From Patescibacteria group bacterium (GTDB taxonomy: Bacteria; Patescibacteriota; Patescibacteriia; UBA9934; GWF2-40-263), in assembly GCA_041661745.1 (NCBI GenBank), contig JBAZTR010000004.1:12961-76960 (forward strand): a stretch of 64,000 nt of DNA, written 5' to 3'. Below, in pieces: positions 29,110-38,456 of the stretch. A program made the position numbers and the translations under genes. Position 1 is the stretch's first letter. Each line of letters opens with the position of its first letter. A model generated the notes under the pieces. It saw nothing but the letters and a program-made list of their open reading frames with translations. It did not search any database and was not told the DNA's origin.

Positions 29110-29391
29110 TCAGGCAGTACTCGGATCTTGAAGAACAAAATCGTAGAAGACAAACCAGTTCCCGTGCGCCTTGAGGATATCGGCGATCTCCTGACCGGTC
29201 AGAGCTTCCCCGCGGAAATCCATGACTTCCCGCATGTGCCGATCGAGGCTACCTGAGCCCGGGGTGATGGCCTCGGGCTCAGGGTCTTCCTCTGTGGGGT
29301 AGACCGCGAAGTAGCCGGTGAAGAAGAGGTTGTCAGGAAGGTTCTCGAGAACCTCGACGGGAAGATGCGCATTGAGCGGAGGAAACGACAT
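29110..29391 (-). CDS. GC-rich hypothetical protein (93 aa)
   Basis: AGGAGG SD; promoter TTGACG-N17-TAAAGT; GC-ending codons. Confidence 0.7.
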   Translation of the reverse strand: MSFPPLNAHLPVEVLENLPDNLFFTGYFAVYPTEEDPEPEAITPGSGSLDRHMREVMDFRGEALTGQEIADILKAHGNWFVFYDFVLQDPSTA

Positions 29392-29458
29392 GAGGCACCT
29401 CCTTTTCGTGCGGTCATACTTTAGTCAAACAAAAAAGGGGCGTCAAGCCCCTTGCCTT

Positions 29459-30346
29459 TTAAATCTTCTGGCACTTGGGGCAGTAGGCACTGCCCCGCCC
29501 GCCGACTTTAATTTTTTTTAAAATAGTTTTACAACGCCGGCATGACTGCCCTTCCCGACCATAAACTTTTAATTGTTTTTGAAAAGTTCCTTCTTTTCCA
29601 AAAGCATCGATGTAAGCGTCGGCCGAAGTGCCGTGTGCGGCAACGGCTTTTTTTAAAACAGAAACCGTGCCTTGATAAAGTTTTTTCATTTGCTCGTCGG
29701 AAATCTTGCCAACCAAGGTCATGGGGTGAATTCCGGCAAACCACAAAGCTTCAGAGGCGTAAATGTTGCCAATGCCGGCAATGCAGGTTTGATCCAAAAG
29801 ATGGGGTTTAATTTTTTTCTTGGGGGCCGAACGCAAACACATGGCCATTTTTTGCCAAGTAAAACTTTTGTCGAGCGGCTCGGGCCCGTAAGCTTGGGCC
29901 TCAAGATATTCTTCCAAACCTTTCTTATCAACCAATTTCAAAAAACCGAATTTACGAAAATCATTCCAATGCATTTCCTTGCCGCCAGACAATTTGAAAA
30001 TGACGTGTGTATGTTTGTCGACTCCACTTTCCCCTCCCACTTCTTGTCCCGCCGAAGCCCGGCGAAGGAGGATGGGGGAGGGGTTAGGGGTGAGGGATCT
30101 AACCAAAAATCGACCCGACATTTTTAAATGTGCCAAAATAAAATAATCACCGGAAAGTTTAAAAATCAAAAGCTTGGCTCGGCGTTCAACGCCGATAAAC
30201 TTTTTTCCTTTAAGAAGTTGAACAAATTTTTTGGGTGGCAAATTAAGCCGTCCGGAAAAATTGACGACAACATCTTTTATAGTCGCACCAACAATTGCTT
30301 GAGAGAGCTGACGACGAACGGTTTCGACTTCTGGTAATTCTGGCAT
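29459..30346 (-). CDS. mutM: Formamidopyrimidine-DNA glycosylase with in-frame repeat insertion
   Basis: MPELPEVE, HLKMSG, GIGNIYASEAL, C-terminal zinc finger. Confidence 0.96.
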   Translation of the reverse strand: MPELPEVETVRRQLSQAIVGATIKDVVVNFSGRLNLPPKKFVQLLKGKKFIGVERRAKLLIFKLSGDYFILAHLKMSGRFLVRSLTPNPSPILLRRASAGQEVGGESGVDKHTHVIFKLSGGKEMHWNDFRKFGFLKLVDKKGLEEYLEAQAYGPEPLDKSFTWQKMAMCLRSAPKKKIKPHLLDQTCIAGIGNIYASEALWFAGIHPMTLVGKISDEQMKKLYQGTVSVLKKAVAAHGTSADAYIDAFGKEGTFQKQLKVYGREGQSCRRCKTILKKIKVGGRGSAYCPKCQKI

Positions 30347-30382
30347 ACAGTGCCACGCCGGAGCCTGAAAGGCGAAGGCAGG

Positions 30383-30733
30383 TTATTTTTCCGAGGCCTG
30401 TTTTATGAAGTGGCTAGTCACCACGCCCACTGCCCAAAGGAAGATGGCTGCCAAAACGGCCGGCCAAAAACCTTCGATGGTAATTCCCTTCACCATCGTG
30501 CTCATGAACCAAAGCATACCGGCATTGATCACAAAGATAAACAAGCCAAGTGTAACTATCGTAATCGGTAAAGTCAGAATCAAAAGAATTGGACGAACCA
30601 AAGCGTTGATTAAACCGAGTACCAATGCGGCGATAAGTGCGGCATAAAACGATTCGACGTGGAAGCCGGGGATAATCATGGCCGCTGCCAGTAGGGCGAG
30701 GGCGTTGATTACCCATCTTAAAATAATGGTCAT
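30383..30733 (-). CDS. YvlD/phage holin family 4-TM protein
   Basis: VRPILLILTLPITIVTLGLF..VINA. Confidence 0.9.
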   Translation of the reverse strand: MTIILRWVINALALLAAAMIIPGFHVESFYAALIAALVLGLINALVRPILLILTLPITIVTLGLFIFVINAGMLWFMSTMVKGITIEGFWPAVLAAIFLWAVGVVTSHFIKQASEK

Positions 30734-30739
30734 AGTTTT

Positions 30740-30832
30740 TTGTTCAATTGTTCAAGTTGTTCAAGTTGTTCACTTTTGGTTTTAAAACCGATCCGATAGT
30801 GAACATTTTGAACATATGAACAATTTGAACGG
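30740..30832. repeat. 9-mer-armed inverted repeat (TTGTTCAAG)n..(TGAACA)n
   Basis: Four units on each arm. Confidence 0.75.
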
Positions 30833-30838
30833 ATTAAA

Positions 30839-31042
30839 TTATTCTTCAAACTTCTTCTTCAACTCCTTAATTTTATTTTCAACTTCGGAAAGTTTGCCTT
30901 TACAAACTTTCGCGAGCTCAAGTCCGCGTTCAAACTTAGCCAGACCTTCATCAAGGTCGGCTTCGCCTTTTTCGAACCACTCGGTGATTTGTTCGAGCTC
31001 TTCAAAAGCTTTGGAAAAATTTACAGTTGTTTTTTTGGTCAT
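30839..31042 (-). CDS. xseB: Exodeoxyribonuclease VII small subunit
   Basis: FEELEQI..DLDEGLAKFERG; follows xseA. Confidence 0.93.
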   Translation of the reverse strand: MTKKTTVNFSKAFEELEQITEWFEKGEADLDEGLAKFERGLELAKVCKGKLSEVENKIKELKKKFEE

Positions 31043-32247
31043 ATAAGTTTTAGTTTTCCTTTTCCATTAACTCGCAACACTTCGGCCCCAAGCGAACCTT
31101 CAGCTAATTGTACCCCGATTTCCGCGCCAATCTCAAGCGCAGCCGCGTCTTTGATTACCTTCCCTCTGGCTGTAACAATACTGTAGCCGCGGGCCAGAAC
31201 GCGTTTAGGATCAAGATTGGCCAGAACGCGGAACGAAGCAGCTAAACGATCTTTGAAACGCGGCAGCCAATTGTTAACACGATCAAACAAATTGTTGGTG
31301 AGATGTGATAATTTTTCTTTTTGACGATCAGCCGCGGAAAAAATAAGTTGAGTGGCGCGATCAATTAACATTTGCTTCTCGCCTAAAACATCACTTAAAC
31401 GATTTTCTAAATGTCGGGTCATGGTTTCAATTTCATAAAGAACCTCCTGGCGATTTGGGACAACTCGTTCAGCTGCGTTGGACGGTGTGGAAGCACGGAC
31501 ATCGGCGACAAAATCGCAGAGCGATTCGTCACGCTCGTGGCCAACGCCGCAAACCACGGGAATTTTGGAACCAAAAACCGCGCGGGTAACTTGTTCGTCG
31601 TTGAAGGCATGAAGATCTTCCAAGCTGCCGCCGCCGCGAGTTAGTACTAAAACTTCCGGCCGCTTATCATCGGGCAAAGAATTAAATTTTTCGAAAGCCT
31701 CAAGAATTTCCGGCACGGCTTCCCGCCCCTGCACATGCACGTGTGAGAATAAAACCTCAACCCCGCCCCAGCGATTATTTAAAATTCTGATAAAGTCGCC
31801 GTAAGCCGCGGCATCACGCGAAGTGATTAAACCAATCCGTTCGGGAAATCTTGGCAAGCGGCGTTTGCGCGAAATCTCAAATAAACCTTCGTCGGTTAAT
31901 TTCTTTTTTAAAAGTTCGTAAGCTTTTTTTAAAGCCCCGTCGCCAACAGCTTCCATTTTTTGCACTTCAATTTGAAAACCGCTCCACTTATTAATGGCCG
32001 GCGGTCCCCAAACTTTTACTTTCATGCCGTCCTCAAATACTCCGCTCACTTTAAAAGTCGTGGCAAAACAACCGACTTTGGCCGAGGGATCGTTTTCATC
32101 TTTCAGCGAAAACATTATCCACTTGCCGTCTTTTATTTTGTAATCAAAAATCTCGCCTTCCACGGCAAAAGAATAGCCATCAATGTTTAATTTCAAAACT
32201 TGGTTGGCTAATTTCAGGTATTCCGAAACTTGTAGGACAGGTTCCAT
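31039..32247 (-). CDS. xseA: Exodeoxyribonuclease VII large subunit
   Basis: RGGGSLEDL, GVGHERD, TPSNAAE. Confidence 0.96.
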   Translation of the reverse strand: MEPVLQVSEYLKLANQVLKLNIDGYSFAVEGEIFDYKIKDGKWIMFSLKDENDPSAKVGCFATTFKVSGVFEDGMKVKVWGPPAINKWSGFQIEVQKMEAVGDGALKKAYELLKKKLTDEGLFEISRKRRLPRFPERIGLITSRDAAAYGDFIRILNNRWGGVEVLFSHVHVQGREAVPEILEAFEKFNSLPDDKRPEVLVLTRGGGSLEDLHAFNDEQVTRAVFGSKIPVVCGVGHERDESLCDFVADVRASTPSNAAERVVPNRQEVLYEIETMTRHLENRLSDVLGEKQMLIDRATQLIFSAADRQKEKLSHLTNNLFDRVNNWLPRFKDRLAASFRVLANLDPKRVLARGYSIVTARGKVIKDAAALEIGAEIGVQLAEGSLGAEVLRVNGKGKLKLI

Positions 32248-32305
32248 AACCCAGCTATTTTACCAGAAAAATAAAAAACCCGCCTATCTGGGTGATGGCG
32301 GGCGG

Positions 32306-33472
32306 TCAGGCCGAGTACGAAGCGTCGAGGATCCCTTCCCAGTCGAGGTCGGGGTCGAAGGGGTCGATCACCGCGTTCCGGAAAGCCGAGAAGACGTCGG
32401 AGACCGAAAGTTCGTTGAGAAGCATCTCCTTGATCGTCGGCGTCGGACGCGAACGGAGTTGGTCGGCGATGGCGGCCAAGTCCTCATCACACAAAAGGGC
32501 GAACAAAGCCGTGGTGTTCACCTCTGGCATAATTTCGGCCAGGGCGTCGTAGACCGCTCCGAAGATGGCGTGGCCATGATCGGAAGGGTTGTTGATCGGG
32601 TAGAACTTGTACATGTGCCGACGTGCTTCTTCGAAGAGTCCGAAGGTCGGACCACGGCTGAAGGAAACTGCTCCAACTTCGGCCGACTCGCGAACCAGGG
32701 CGACGATGCAACGGGCGACTCGCTCACGCTGGCTTGCCCCCAACTTGTGCATAGCCTTGTGGATTTCCGCCATCTCGCTTTCTTCGAGACAGATCCAGCA
32801 ACCACCCTTCTGTATACGAATGACATCGTTGTAGTCGGCGAAGAGGTAGGCGATCTTGTCAGCGAACATGACGATCGCTTCCTCGAGCGAGAGGATGCCG
32901 GTAGTGAGATCTTTGGCCCCGCGCGAATGGCGATGCATGACTTGGAGCGTCTGCTTGGTCAGGTTAAGACCATGACCGGAACGCTCAATGTGCTGGGCCA
33001 CGACCAGTCCAAAAACCTCGTGACGGAAAGATCGGCCGGTTTTCTTGGCCAGAAACATTTCACCGGTATGGCCGAGCGGCGTGTGACCGATGTCGTGGCC
33101 AAGGGCCCCGGCCAAACAGAGCCACGGGTTGGCCCCAAGGGCAAAGGCCAGGGCGACGGCGATCGAGCAGACCTCGTCAGTGTGCGAACGCCTGGTACGA
33201 ATATGGAGATTGGTCGGGTCGGGCACAACCTGGGTGTGCCTGGCCGAACGACGCAGACCACGGCTTTGCATAAGCTTCAACGCCGCGTCAATCATGTATG
33301 GATCGATGCCCGGCTGACCGATGAAGATCCCATCGCCATCGTTGTCACGGTGAATGCGCCGGACCGCGACCTCGGGACCAGTGGCCAGGTGTTTAAGGCA
33401 GCCAATGAACGGCCGGAGCTCGTTGCGGAGGAGTCGAACATCTTCAGGGGAAATGATGGAGAGCAGGTTCAT
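32306..33472 (-). CDS. GC-rich HD-domain dGTP triphosphohydrolase-like protein
   Basis: TQV, RTRRSHTDEV, LGHDIGHTPLGHTGE, ADKIAY; GGAG SD. Confidence 0.85.
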   Translation of the reverse strand: MNLLSIISPEDVRLLRNELRPFIGCLKHLATGPEVAVRRIHRDNDGDGIFIGQPGIDPYMIDAALKLMQSRGLRRSARHTQVVPDPTNLHIRTRRSHTDEVCSIAVALAFALGANPWLCLAGALGHDIGHTPLGHTGEMFLAKKTGRSFRHEVFGLVVAQHIERSGHGLNLTKQTLQVMHRHSRGAKDLTTGILSLEEAIVMFADKIAYLFADYNDVIRIQKGGCWICLEESEMAEIHKAMHKLGASQRERVARCIVALVRESAEVGAVSFSRGPTFGLFEEARRHMYKFYPINNPSDHGHAIFGAVYDALAEIMPEVNTTALFALLCDEDLAAIADQLRSRPTPTIKEMLLNELSVSDVFSAFRNAVIDPFDPDLDWEGILDASYSA

Positions 33473-33578
33473 AGTGGACTCCGATGAAAAGGAACAGTGG
33501 AGGAGTATCTAAACAAAAAAAGAACCGACTGTCTAGTCGATTCTGCCTAGTCTCCTAGCTTCCTACCCTCCTAGCCTC

Positions 33579-34043
33579 CTAAAAATAAACCGGCTGAAAA
33601 ACCGGCACCGCCAACCAAAATATAAAAGCAATAAGAAGAAGCGAAACCAAAACTTCGAGCCAAACGGTTTTCCCTTCCTTACGCCCCAACCAACCAAAAC
33701 CAAAAAGCGGGAAAAAAATAAAATCAAAAACCAACCAAACCAAACCAGTAAAAAACAAAAGGGTCAACGGCCCGTACGGTTGGCCGACAAAATCAAGCCA
33801 GCCTTTATCAGCAACAAAAGGGTAGGTGCTGCCAAAGACCATCCCCATCAAAATATGTAACAGAAGGCCGGTGGCAAAAGCTGCTAATTGCGACAGGCGC
33901 AAATCAAAAAAAGATTTTACATCAACCACTAGCGGCAAATTTTTAACCTTGCCGCGGCGAACAACTTCCGTGATTATCGCCGGCATGGAAACAAGGAAAG
34001 CCGCCAGGCCACCGACTGAAGCGCCTAAAATAATGTCGTTCAT
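33579..34043 (-). CDS. Four-TM membrane protein
   Basis: Hydrophobic segments; GLLLHILMG. Confidence 0.7.
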   Translation of the reverse strand: MNDIILGASVGGLAAFLVSMPAIITEVVRRGKVKNLPLVVDVKSFFDLRLSQLAAFATGLLLHILMGMVFGSTYPFVADKGWLDFVGQPYGPLTLLFFTGLVWLVFDFIFFPLFGFGWLGRKEGKTVWLEVLVSLLLIAFIFWLAVPVFQPVYF

Positions 34044-34061
34044 ATTTGTTTTTTTTGGACA

Positions 34062-34150
34062 CGAGTATGTAGTAAGTAGTGGGTAGGCAATAGATCTAAT
34101 TGGGAACTTTTGCCTACATACTACCTACTACTTACTACAATACTACATAC
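34062..34150. repeat. Heptamer-armed inverted repeat element, copy 5
   Basis: Same core. Confidence 0.9.
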
Positions 34151-34155
34151 CCTGA

Positions 34156-35016
34156 TCAATTGTTCGGATAAATCACCACGACCACTTTCGCTCCATTCAA
34201 GACATCCCCACCATTCCAATCATGCATCGCCTCCATGATGGTATCAAAAGAATATTGGTAATCGGCGCCAAGCCGTGTTCCCGGATCATTGGTAACAAAA
34301 GTAGTTTTGGTATAACCCTTCAAAACCAAAGCATGATAAAGCGGGCCTTCACCAGTAAAATTTGGGTTACCAAGCATGCGCCCAGCCGCCAGAATAATTA
34401 CCGGCCGACCGGCCACCAAATGTGCTTTCAAATCTTCAACAGTTGGATCTTCGATAACTTCAACTCTCTCGTAACCATACATCTGCTCGGCCAACACGGC
34501 TGTTTGCGCAGCCGTAGTGCTTTCAAAAAAACCAAACAACGCTTTTTCGTAATCAACAATTTTCAAAAGGTCGATGTCGGCCTGATTGGGGTCAATTTTT
34601 CCAGCCGGCCAGCCTTCGTAAAAAGCATTAACCATGTAAATAGCTGCTTCTTCACAAGCATCTTCGTGCACAACATCCCAGTTAGCCAACGGAGCTTGTG
34701 AGGTAAACGGTACAGCTAGGTTAAATTCAACCGGCATGGGTGTGGTAACCAGAACCGGAATTTCTTCCTCAGGTTCCTCTTCGACCACCGGGTCTGGTGT
34801 TGGCTCTTCAATTTCCTCAACAATTGGTGGTTCGACTACAGGGACAACAACCTCGCTCCCGACAACTTCTTCAAAGGTTTGCGGTGCTGGTGCCGCGGCC
34901 ATTCTTTGGGCGTCGCTCCAAAAATCTGTAATGTTGTCTTTTTGCCAAAACAAAATTCCAAAAATCAGAATTGGTCCTAACAGTATGGCAATAAAATAAA
35001 CGAAAATTTTTCTCAT
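34156..35016 (-). CDS. Peptidase C39-like protein
   Basis: VPFTSQAP, ACEEA, HALVLKGY, NDPG. Confidence 0.85.
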   Translation of the reverse strand: MRKIFVYFIAILLGPILIFGILFWQKDNITDFWSDAQRMAAAPAPQTFEEVVGSEVVVPVVEPPIVEEIEEPTPDPVVEEEPEEEIPVLVTTPMPVEFNLAVPFTSQAPLANWDVVHEDACEEAAIYMVNAFYEGWPAGKIDPNQADIDLLKIVDYEKALFGFFESTTAAQTAVLAEQMYGYERVEVIEDPTVEDLKAHLVAGRPVIILAAGRMLGNPNFTGEGPLYHALVLKGYTKTTFVTNDPGTRLGADYQYSFDTIMEAMHDWNGGDVLNGAKVVVVIYPNN

Positions 35017-35017
35017 A

Positions 35018-36412
35018 TTAAGAAAATTGTTTAGCCACCCAGTCCTTTAAGAGCCAGGTAGCCTTAACATCATCTTTATTATACGTCAATATTTTTTCCA
35101 AAGTTTGTTTATCACCGTTTTTTAAATATTCCTCAAACCAACGCACCGCCTGCACTCCCGAAGCATCTTCGGCTTGCCATTTATAACCAACGTACGCGCC
35201 AAGATCTTTTAGTGAATAAAACGAAAGAGGAAAAATCACCGCCGGACGAAGAAGAAATAACAGGTCATGCATTCGCCCCTCGATTTGCGAACGAAGTTCG
35301 TCAGGTAAAAAATACTTGGCGGCAAAACGACGAAAAACTTCCATCTCAAACCACCCATAATGATAAATCGGCGCGTCTTCCCTTTTTAAAACAAACTCAA
35401 TAAATTTTCGCCACATTTCACCTTCGTCTTCTGGTTTTTCAGCCAGGAATGGATAGTAGTGACTTTTGCCGCTCTTAACTTCAAGAACACCAAAAAGGAA
35501 ATCCAAATCCCGAAGTGGATCGCTTTCAATATCAAAATAAAGTTCGGTCGTAGCCTCGGGAAATTCTGGTTCAGACAAAAGAATGTGACGATTCTCGACA
35601 ATTGCTTCGGCCTGGCGGCGCAACAAATCAAGGCGATCATAACGCACGGCCGGGGCTAATTTTTCCAAATCAGATAAAGAAATTTTTGCTAAATCCTCCA
35701 AAGTCTTAATACCAATTTTTTGTAGAGCAGCCACCTCTTCGCGCCAAACACGATTCAAAACCGAAAGATCGCGACAGTTTTCCGATTCCAATCGACATGC
35801 TCCATACCACGGCGATTGCTTGCAACCGGCTGTTAAAAAGTGAGCCGGTTTTTCCCCAGCCACAACGCGCTCGATTTCCGACAGCGACAAATGGAAATAC
35901 GCTTCAAACTCTTCAATTAAATATCCGACAATCTTCTTATCTGGTGTGATGATATAACCCTGAAATGGTTTTGCCCCCTGCAAGCGCGACAAAAGCTCGG
36001 CATAAAAACAACCTTGAAACTTGTAAGCATCGCGAACATCGCGCGATCTCTTTACATCGGCCGCTACATAATAATAATTACCAAAAATCGAATGACCCTC
36101 CACCTTGGCCAAAATGTCGGGATTACCAACCCAATGTCCGTGTACTAAAACACCTTTATAAATAGTTTCCCGACCCTCACGCATGAAATCAAGTGTCTGG
36201 TGAAAAGCGTCGTCAGGATCTTCGGCTGTGACTTCAACCAAATCAGGGCGATCGTTAATCAGCTCACGCTCTTTTTCCGGCAACAAGCCATCATCAAGCA
36301 AACGCGAAAGCAGCGGATCAACGGCCGCTTCAGCCTCATGGACATCGCGATACACCCAGCTGGGGCACTTAAGGTATTTGTAGAAAGTTTTTTCGGTAAT
36401 TTGTTTGGCCAT
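35018..36412 (-). CDS. TM0106-family RecB-like nuclease with RNase H-like domain
   Basis: GNPDIL..DVK, YFDIESDP, YSLKDL, YNKDDV. Confidence 0.88.
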   Translation of the reverse strand: MAKQITEKTFYKYLKCPSWVYRDVHEAEAAVDPLLSRLLDDGLLPEKERELINDRPDLVEVTAEDPDDAFHQTLDFMREGRETIYKGVLVHGHWVGNPDILAKVEGHSIFGNYYYVAADVKRSRDVRDAYKFQGCFYAELLSRLQGAKPFQGYIITPDKKIVGYLIEEFEAYFHLSLSEIERVVAGEKPAHFLTAGCKQSPWYGACRLESENCRDLSVLNRVWREEVAALQKIGIKTLEDLAKISLSDLEKLAPAVRYDRLDLLRRQAEAIVENRHILLSEPEFPEATTELYFDIESDPLRDLDFLFGVLEVKSGKSHYYPFLAEKPEDEGEMWRKFIEFVLKREDAPIYHYGWFEMEVFRRFAAKYFLPDELRSQIEGRMHDLLFLLRPAVIFPLSFYSLKDLGAYVGYKWQAEDASGVQAVRWFEEYLKNGDKQTLEKILTYNKDDVKATWLLKDWVAKQFS

Positions 36413-36509
36413 GCTTTTATATTATAGCAGTAAAAACACAAAAAATGTAAAAGTTGCCTTCTTTTAAAAAATAAGATAAAAAGGACTCAGTAACCCCGGG
36501 GAGTCAATC

Positions 36510-36953
36510 ATGGGAACGTTCTTCACCATCATCGTTTGGCTGGTCACCATCGTCTTCGCCGTTATTCTCGGCGCCGTGGCCATTGTGTGGCTCATCGTGG
36601 TGGGCTTTCTCATCTGGATGGCTGTCGCTGCCATCTTTAGATTCTTCGACAAGGTCTCCCGTCCGACCATCCAGGGTGTCGGCCAGGTCATCGGCAGGCA
36701 CTTCATGCCGGAGCACGAAGAGGAATACACCCAAATGATCGGCGAGGACACGTTCAACAGAACCAGAACCGTCCCTGACTGCTGGACGGTCAAGGTCAGG
36801 CTGTTCGGCTGCGATGGCACGCTCGAGGTGGATCAGGACACCTACAACAAGCTCCGGGTCGACGACCAGGTCGCCGTCGATTATCGCCTCGGCCGTTTCA
36901 GCGGCCAGCCCCACATGTACGACGTCAGACCTCTCCTCTCCGCAGTGGCGTAG
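36510..36953 (+). CDS. GC-rich membrane-anchored small beta-barrel protein (DUF2500/DUF3592-like)
   Basis: Long N-terminal TM; VDQDTYNKLRVDDQVAVDYRLGRFSG; GGGGAG SD; promoter TTGCCT-N17-TAAAAA. Confidence 0.75.
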   Translation: MGTFFTIIVWLVTIVFAVILGAVAIVWLIVVGFLIWMAVAAIFRFFDKVSRPTIQGVGQVIGRHFMPEHEEEYTQMIGEDTFNRTRTVPDCWTVKVRLFGCDGTLEVDQDTYNKLRVDDQVAVDYRLGRFSGQPHMYDVRPLLSAVA

Positions 36954-37022
36954 CTTGCGCCGCTGTTTTTTATAAACAAAAACCACCGAGATAATCTTGG
37001 TGGTTTTTATTTTTACAAAATT

Positions 37023-37646
37023 TTACTTTTTATCTTCCACGGTCACTTTAACCATTTCATCACCAATTTTTATTTGATCAACAACCTCCAAACCTTCGGT
37101 TACTCGACCAAAGATGGTGTATTTCTTGGGCAGTGGGGTATCGGCCAACATGATAAAGAATTGCGAACCGTTGGTGTTGCTACCGGCGTTAGCCATGGCC
37201 ACTATGCCGCGTTCATAAGTATAATCGTCGCTTAATTCATCATTAAATCTATAACCAGGACCACCGCGACCAGTGCCGAGCGGGTCACCACCTTGAATTA
37301 CAAAACCTTCATCACGACGATGAAAAATCAAACCATCGTAATAACCCTCATTGGTTAAATAAACAAAGTTGGAAACCGCCATTGGCGCAGTTTCATTATA
37401 AAGTTCAAAAACAATATCACCTTTGGCCGTGGTAATACGGACCTGTTTGTTTTGGATTTGGTCGTTCGTTAAAACGCCGGGGAAAGTATAAATTTTTACA
37501 GGATTCACAGCGGTTGAAGTAGTAACCGACGAATTAATATTAGTTGGAGTTGTTGAATTTGCCGCTGACTGCGTGTCGGTATTACCGCAACCGCTAAGCA
37601 AAAGCAAAGACAGCGCCAGAAGCGCTACTGATTTATTTAACTTCAT
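37023..37646 (-). CDS. Cyclophilin-type PPIase lipoprotein
   Basis: LLSGC lipobox; FHR, QGGDP, AMANAG, NGSQFFI. Confidence 0.93.
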   Translation of the reverse strand: MKLNKSVALLALSLLLLSGCGNTDTQSAANSTTPTNINSSVTTSTAVNPVKIYTFPGVLTNDQIQNKQVRITTAKGDIVFELYNETAPMAVSNFVYLTNEGYYDGLIFHRRDEGFVIQGGDPLGTGRGGPGYRFNDELSDDYTYERGIVAMANAGSNTNGSQFFIMLADTPLPKKYTIFGRVTEGLEVVDQIKIGDEMVKVTVEDKK

Positions 37647-37650
37647 AGTT

Positions 37651-37809
37651 TTAAATCATTGTTTGAAGCAGAAAGAACGAAAGAGCAACAACTAATCCAC
37701 CAAAAATTATGTGAACGACCGATTCGATTTCACCGGTCTGGCCACAGCAATTGCCGCAGCAACATTTTTCCTTGGCCGCCATTTTTTTGGCGGAAACTTT
37801 TTTTGGCAT
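37651..37809 (-). CDS. 52-aa Cys-cluster membrane peptide
   Basis: MPKKVSAKKMAAKEKCCCGNCCGQ..IIFGGLVVALSFFLL; stop 4 nt before PPIase start. Confidence 0.6.
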   Translation of the reverse strand: MPKKVSAKKMAAKEKCCCGNCCGQTGEIESVVHIIFGGLVVALSFFLLQTMI

Positions 37810-37892
37810 ATCCCCCTAGTGATTATTTTGTTTTAATTATTGACTTGGGTTATTATACCAGAGGAGCTAAAAAAATAAAATGTGGAAAAATT

Positions 37893-38456
37893 ATGACATA
37901 CGAAGCTAAAAATTTCGAACACTTAATAGGTTTGCCGGGGATTAGCGAGGTTTTGTTAAAAAACCATTTCACGTTATACCAGGGTTACGTGACAAATGTG
38001 AATAAACTGGCCGAAAAATCCGGGACAATTGAAATCGGTTCATTGGAATATGCCGAACTCAAACGTCGTTTTGGTTGGGAATGGAACGGAATGTATTTGC
38101 ACGAACTTTATTTTGGTAACTTAACCAAAGACTTCAAGCCTTTGAATCCGGAAAGTGATTTGTATAAAAAAATAACCGAAAGATTCGGTTCTTACGAAAA
38201 CTGGGAAAAAGATTTTCGAGCCACGGCGGCCATGCGCGGCATTGGTTGGGTAATTCTGGCCGCTGACAAAACCGAAGGAAGACTTTTTAATGTCTGGATT
38301 GGCGAACATGATGTTGGGCATCTCGCCGGCACCACACCACTTTTGGTTATGGATGTTTTTGAACACGCTTTTATGCTTGACTATGGCACCAAGCGCGCCG
38401 ATTACATCGAAGTTTTTATGAAAAATATTGATTGGTCAGCAGTGGAAAAAAGATAA
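37893..38456 (+). CDS. Fe/Mn superoxide dismutase family protein
   Basis: HFTLYQGYV, LHELYF, GIGW, DVFEHAF; start 37893. Confidence 0.92.
   Translation: MTYEAKNFEHLIGLPGISEVLLKNHFTLYQGYVTNVNKLAEKSGTIEIGSLEYAELKRRFGWEWNGMYLHELYFGNLTKDFKPLNPESDLYKKITERFGSYENWEKDFRATAAMRGIGWVILAADKTEGRLFNVWIGEHDVGHLAGTTPLLVMDVFEHAFMLDYGTKRADYIEVFMKNIDWSAVEKR

Noticed and set aside
30383-30733. Prophage inferred from the holin-family and Bro-N genes
   Set aside because: YvlD-type proteins are common chromosomal genes; no structural, terminase or integrase genes are present
32183-33487. 434-aa plus-strand ORF
   Set aside because: Antisense shadow of the HD-domain gene
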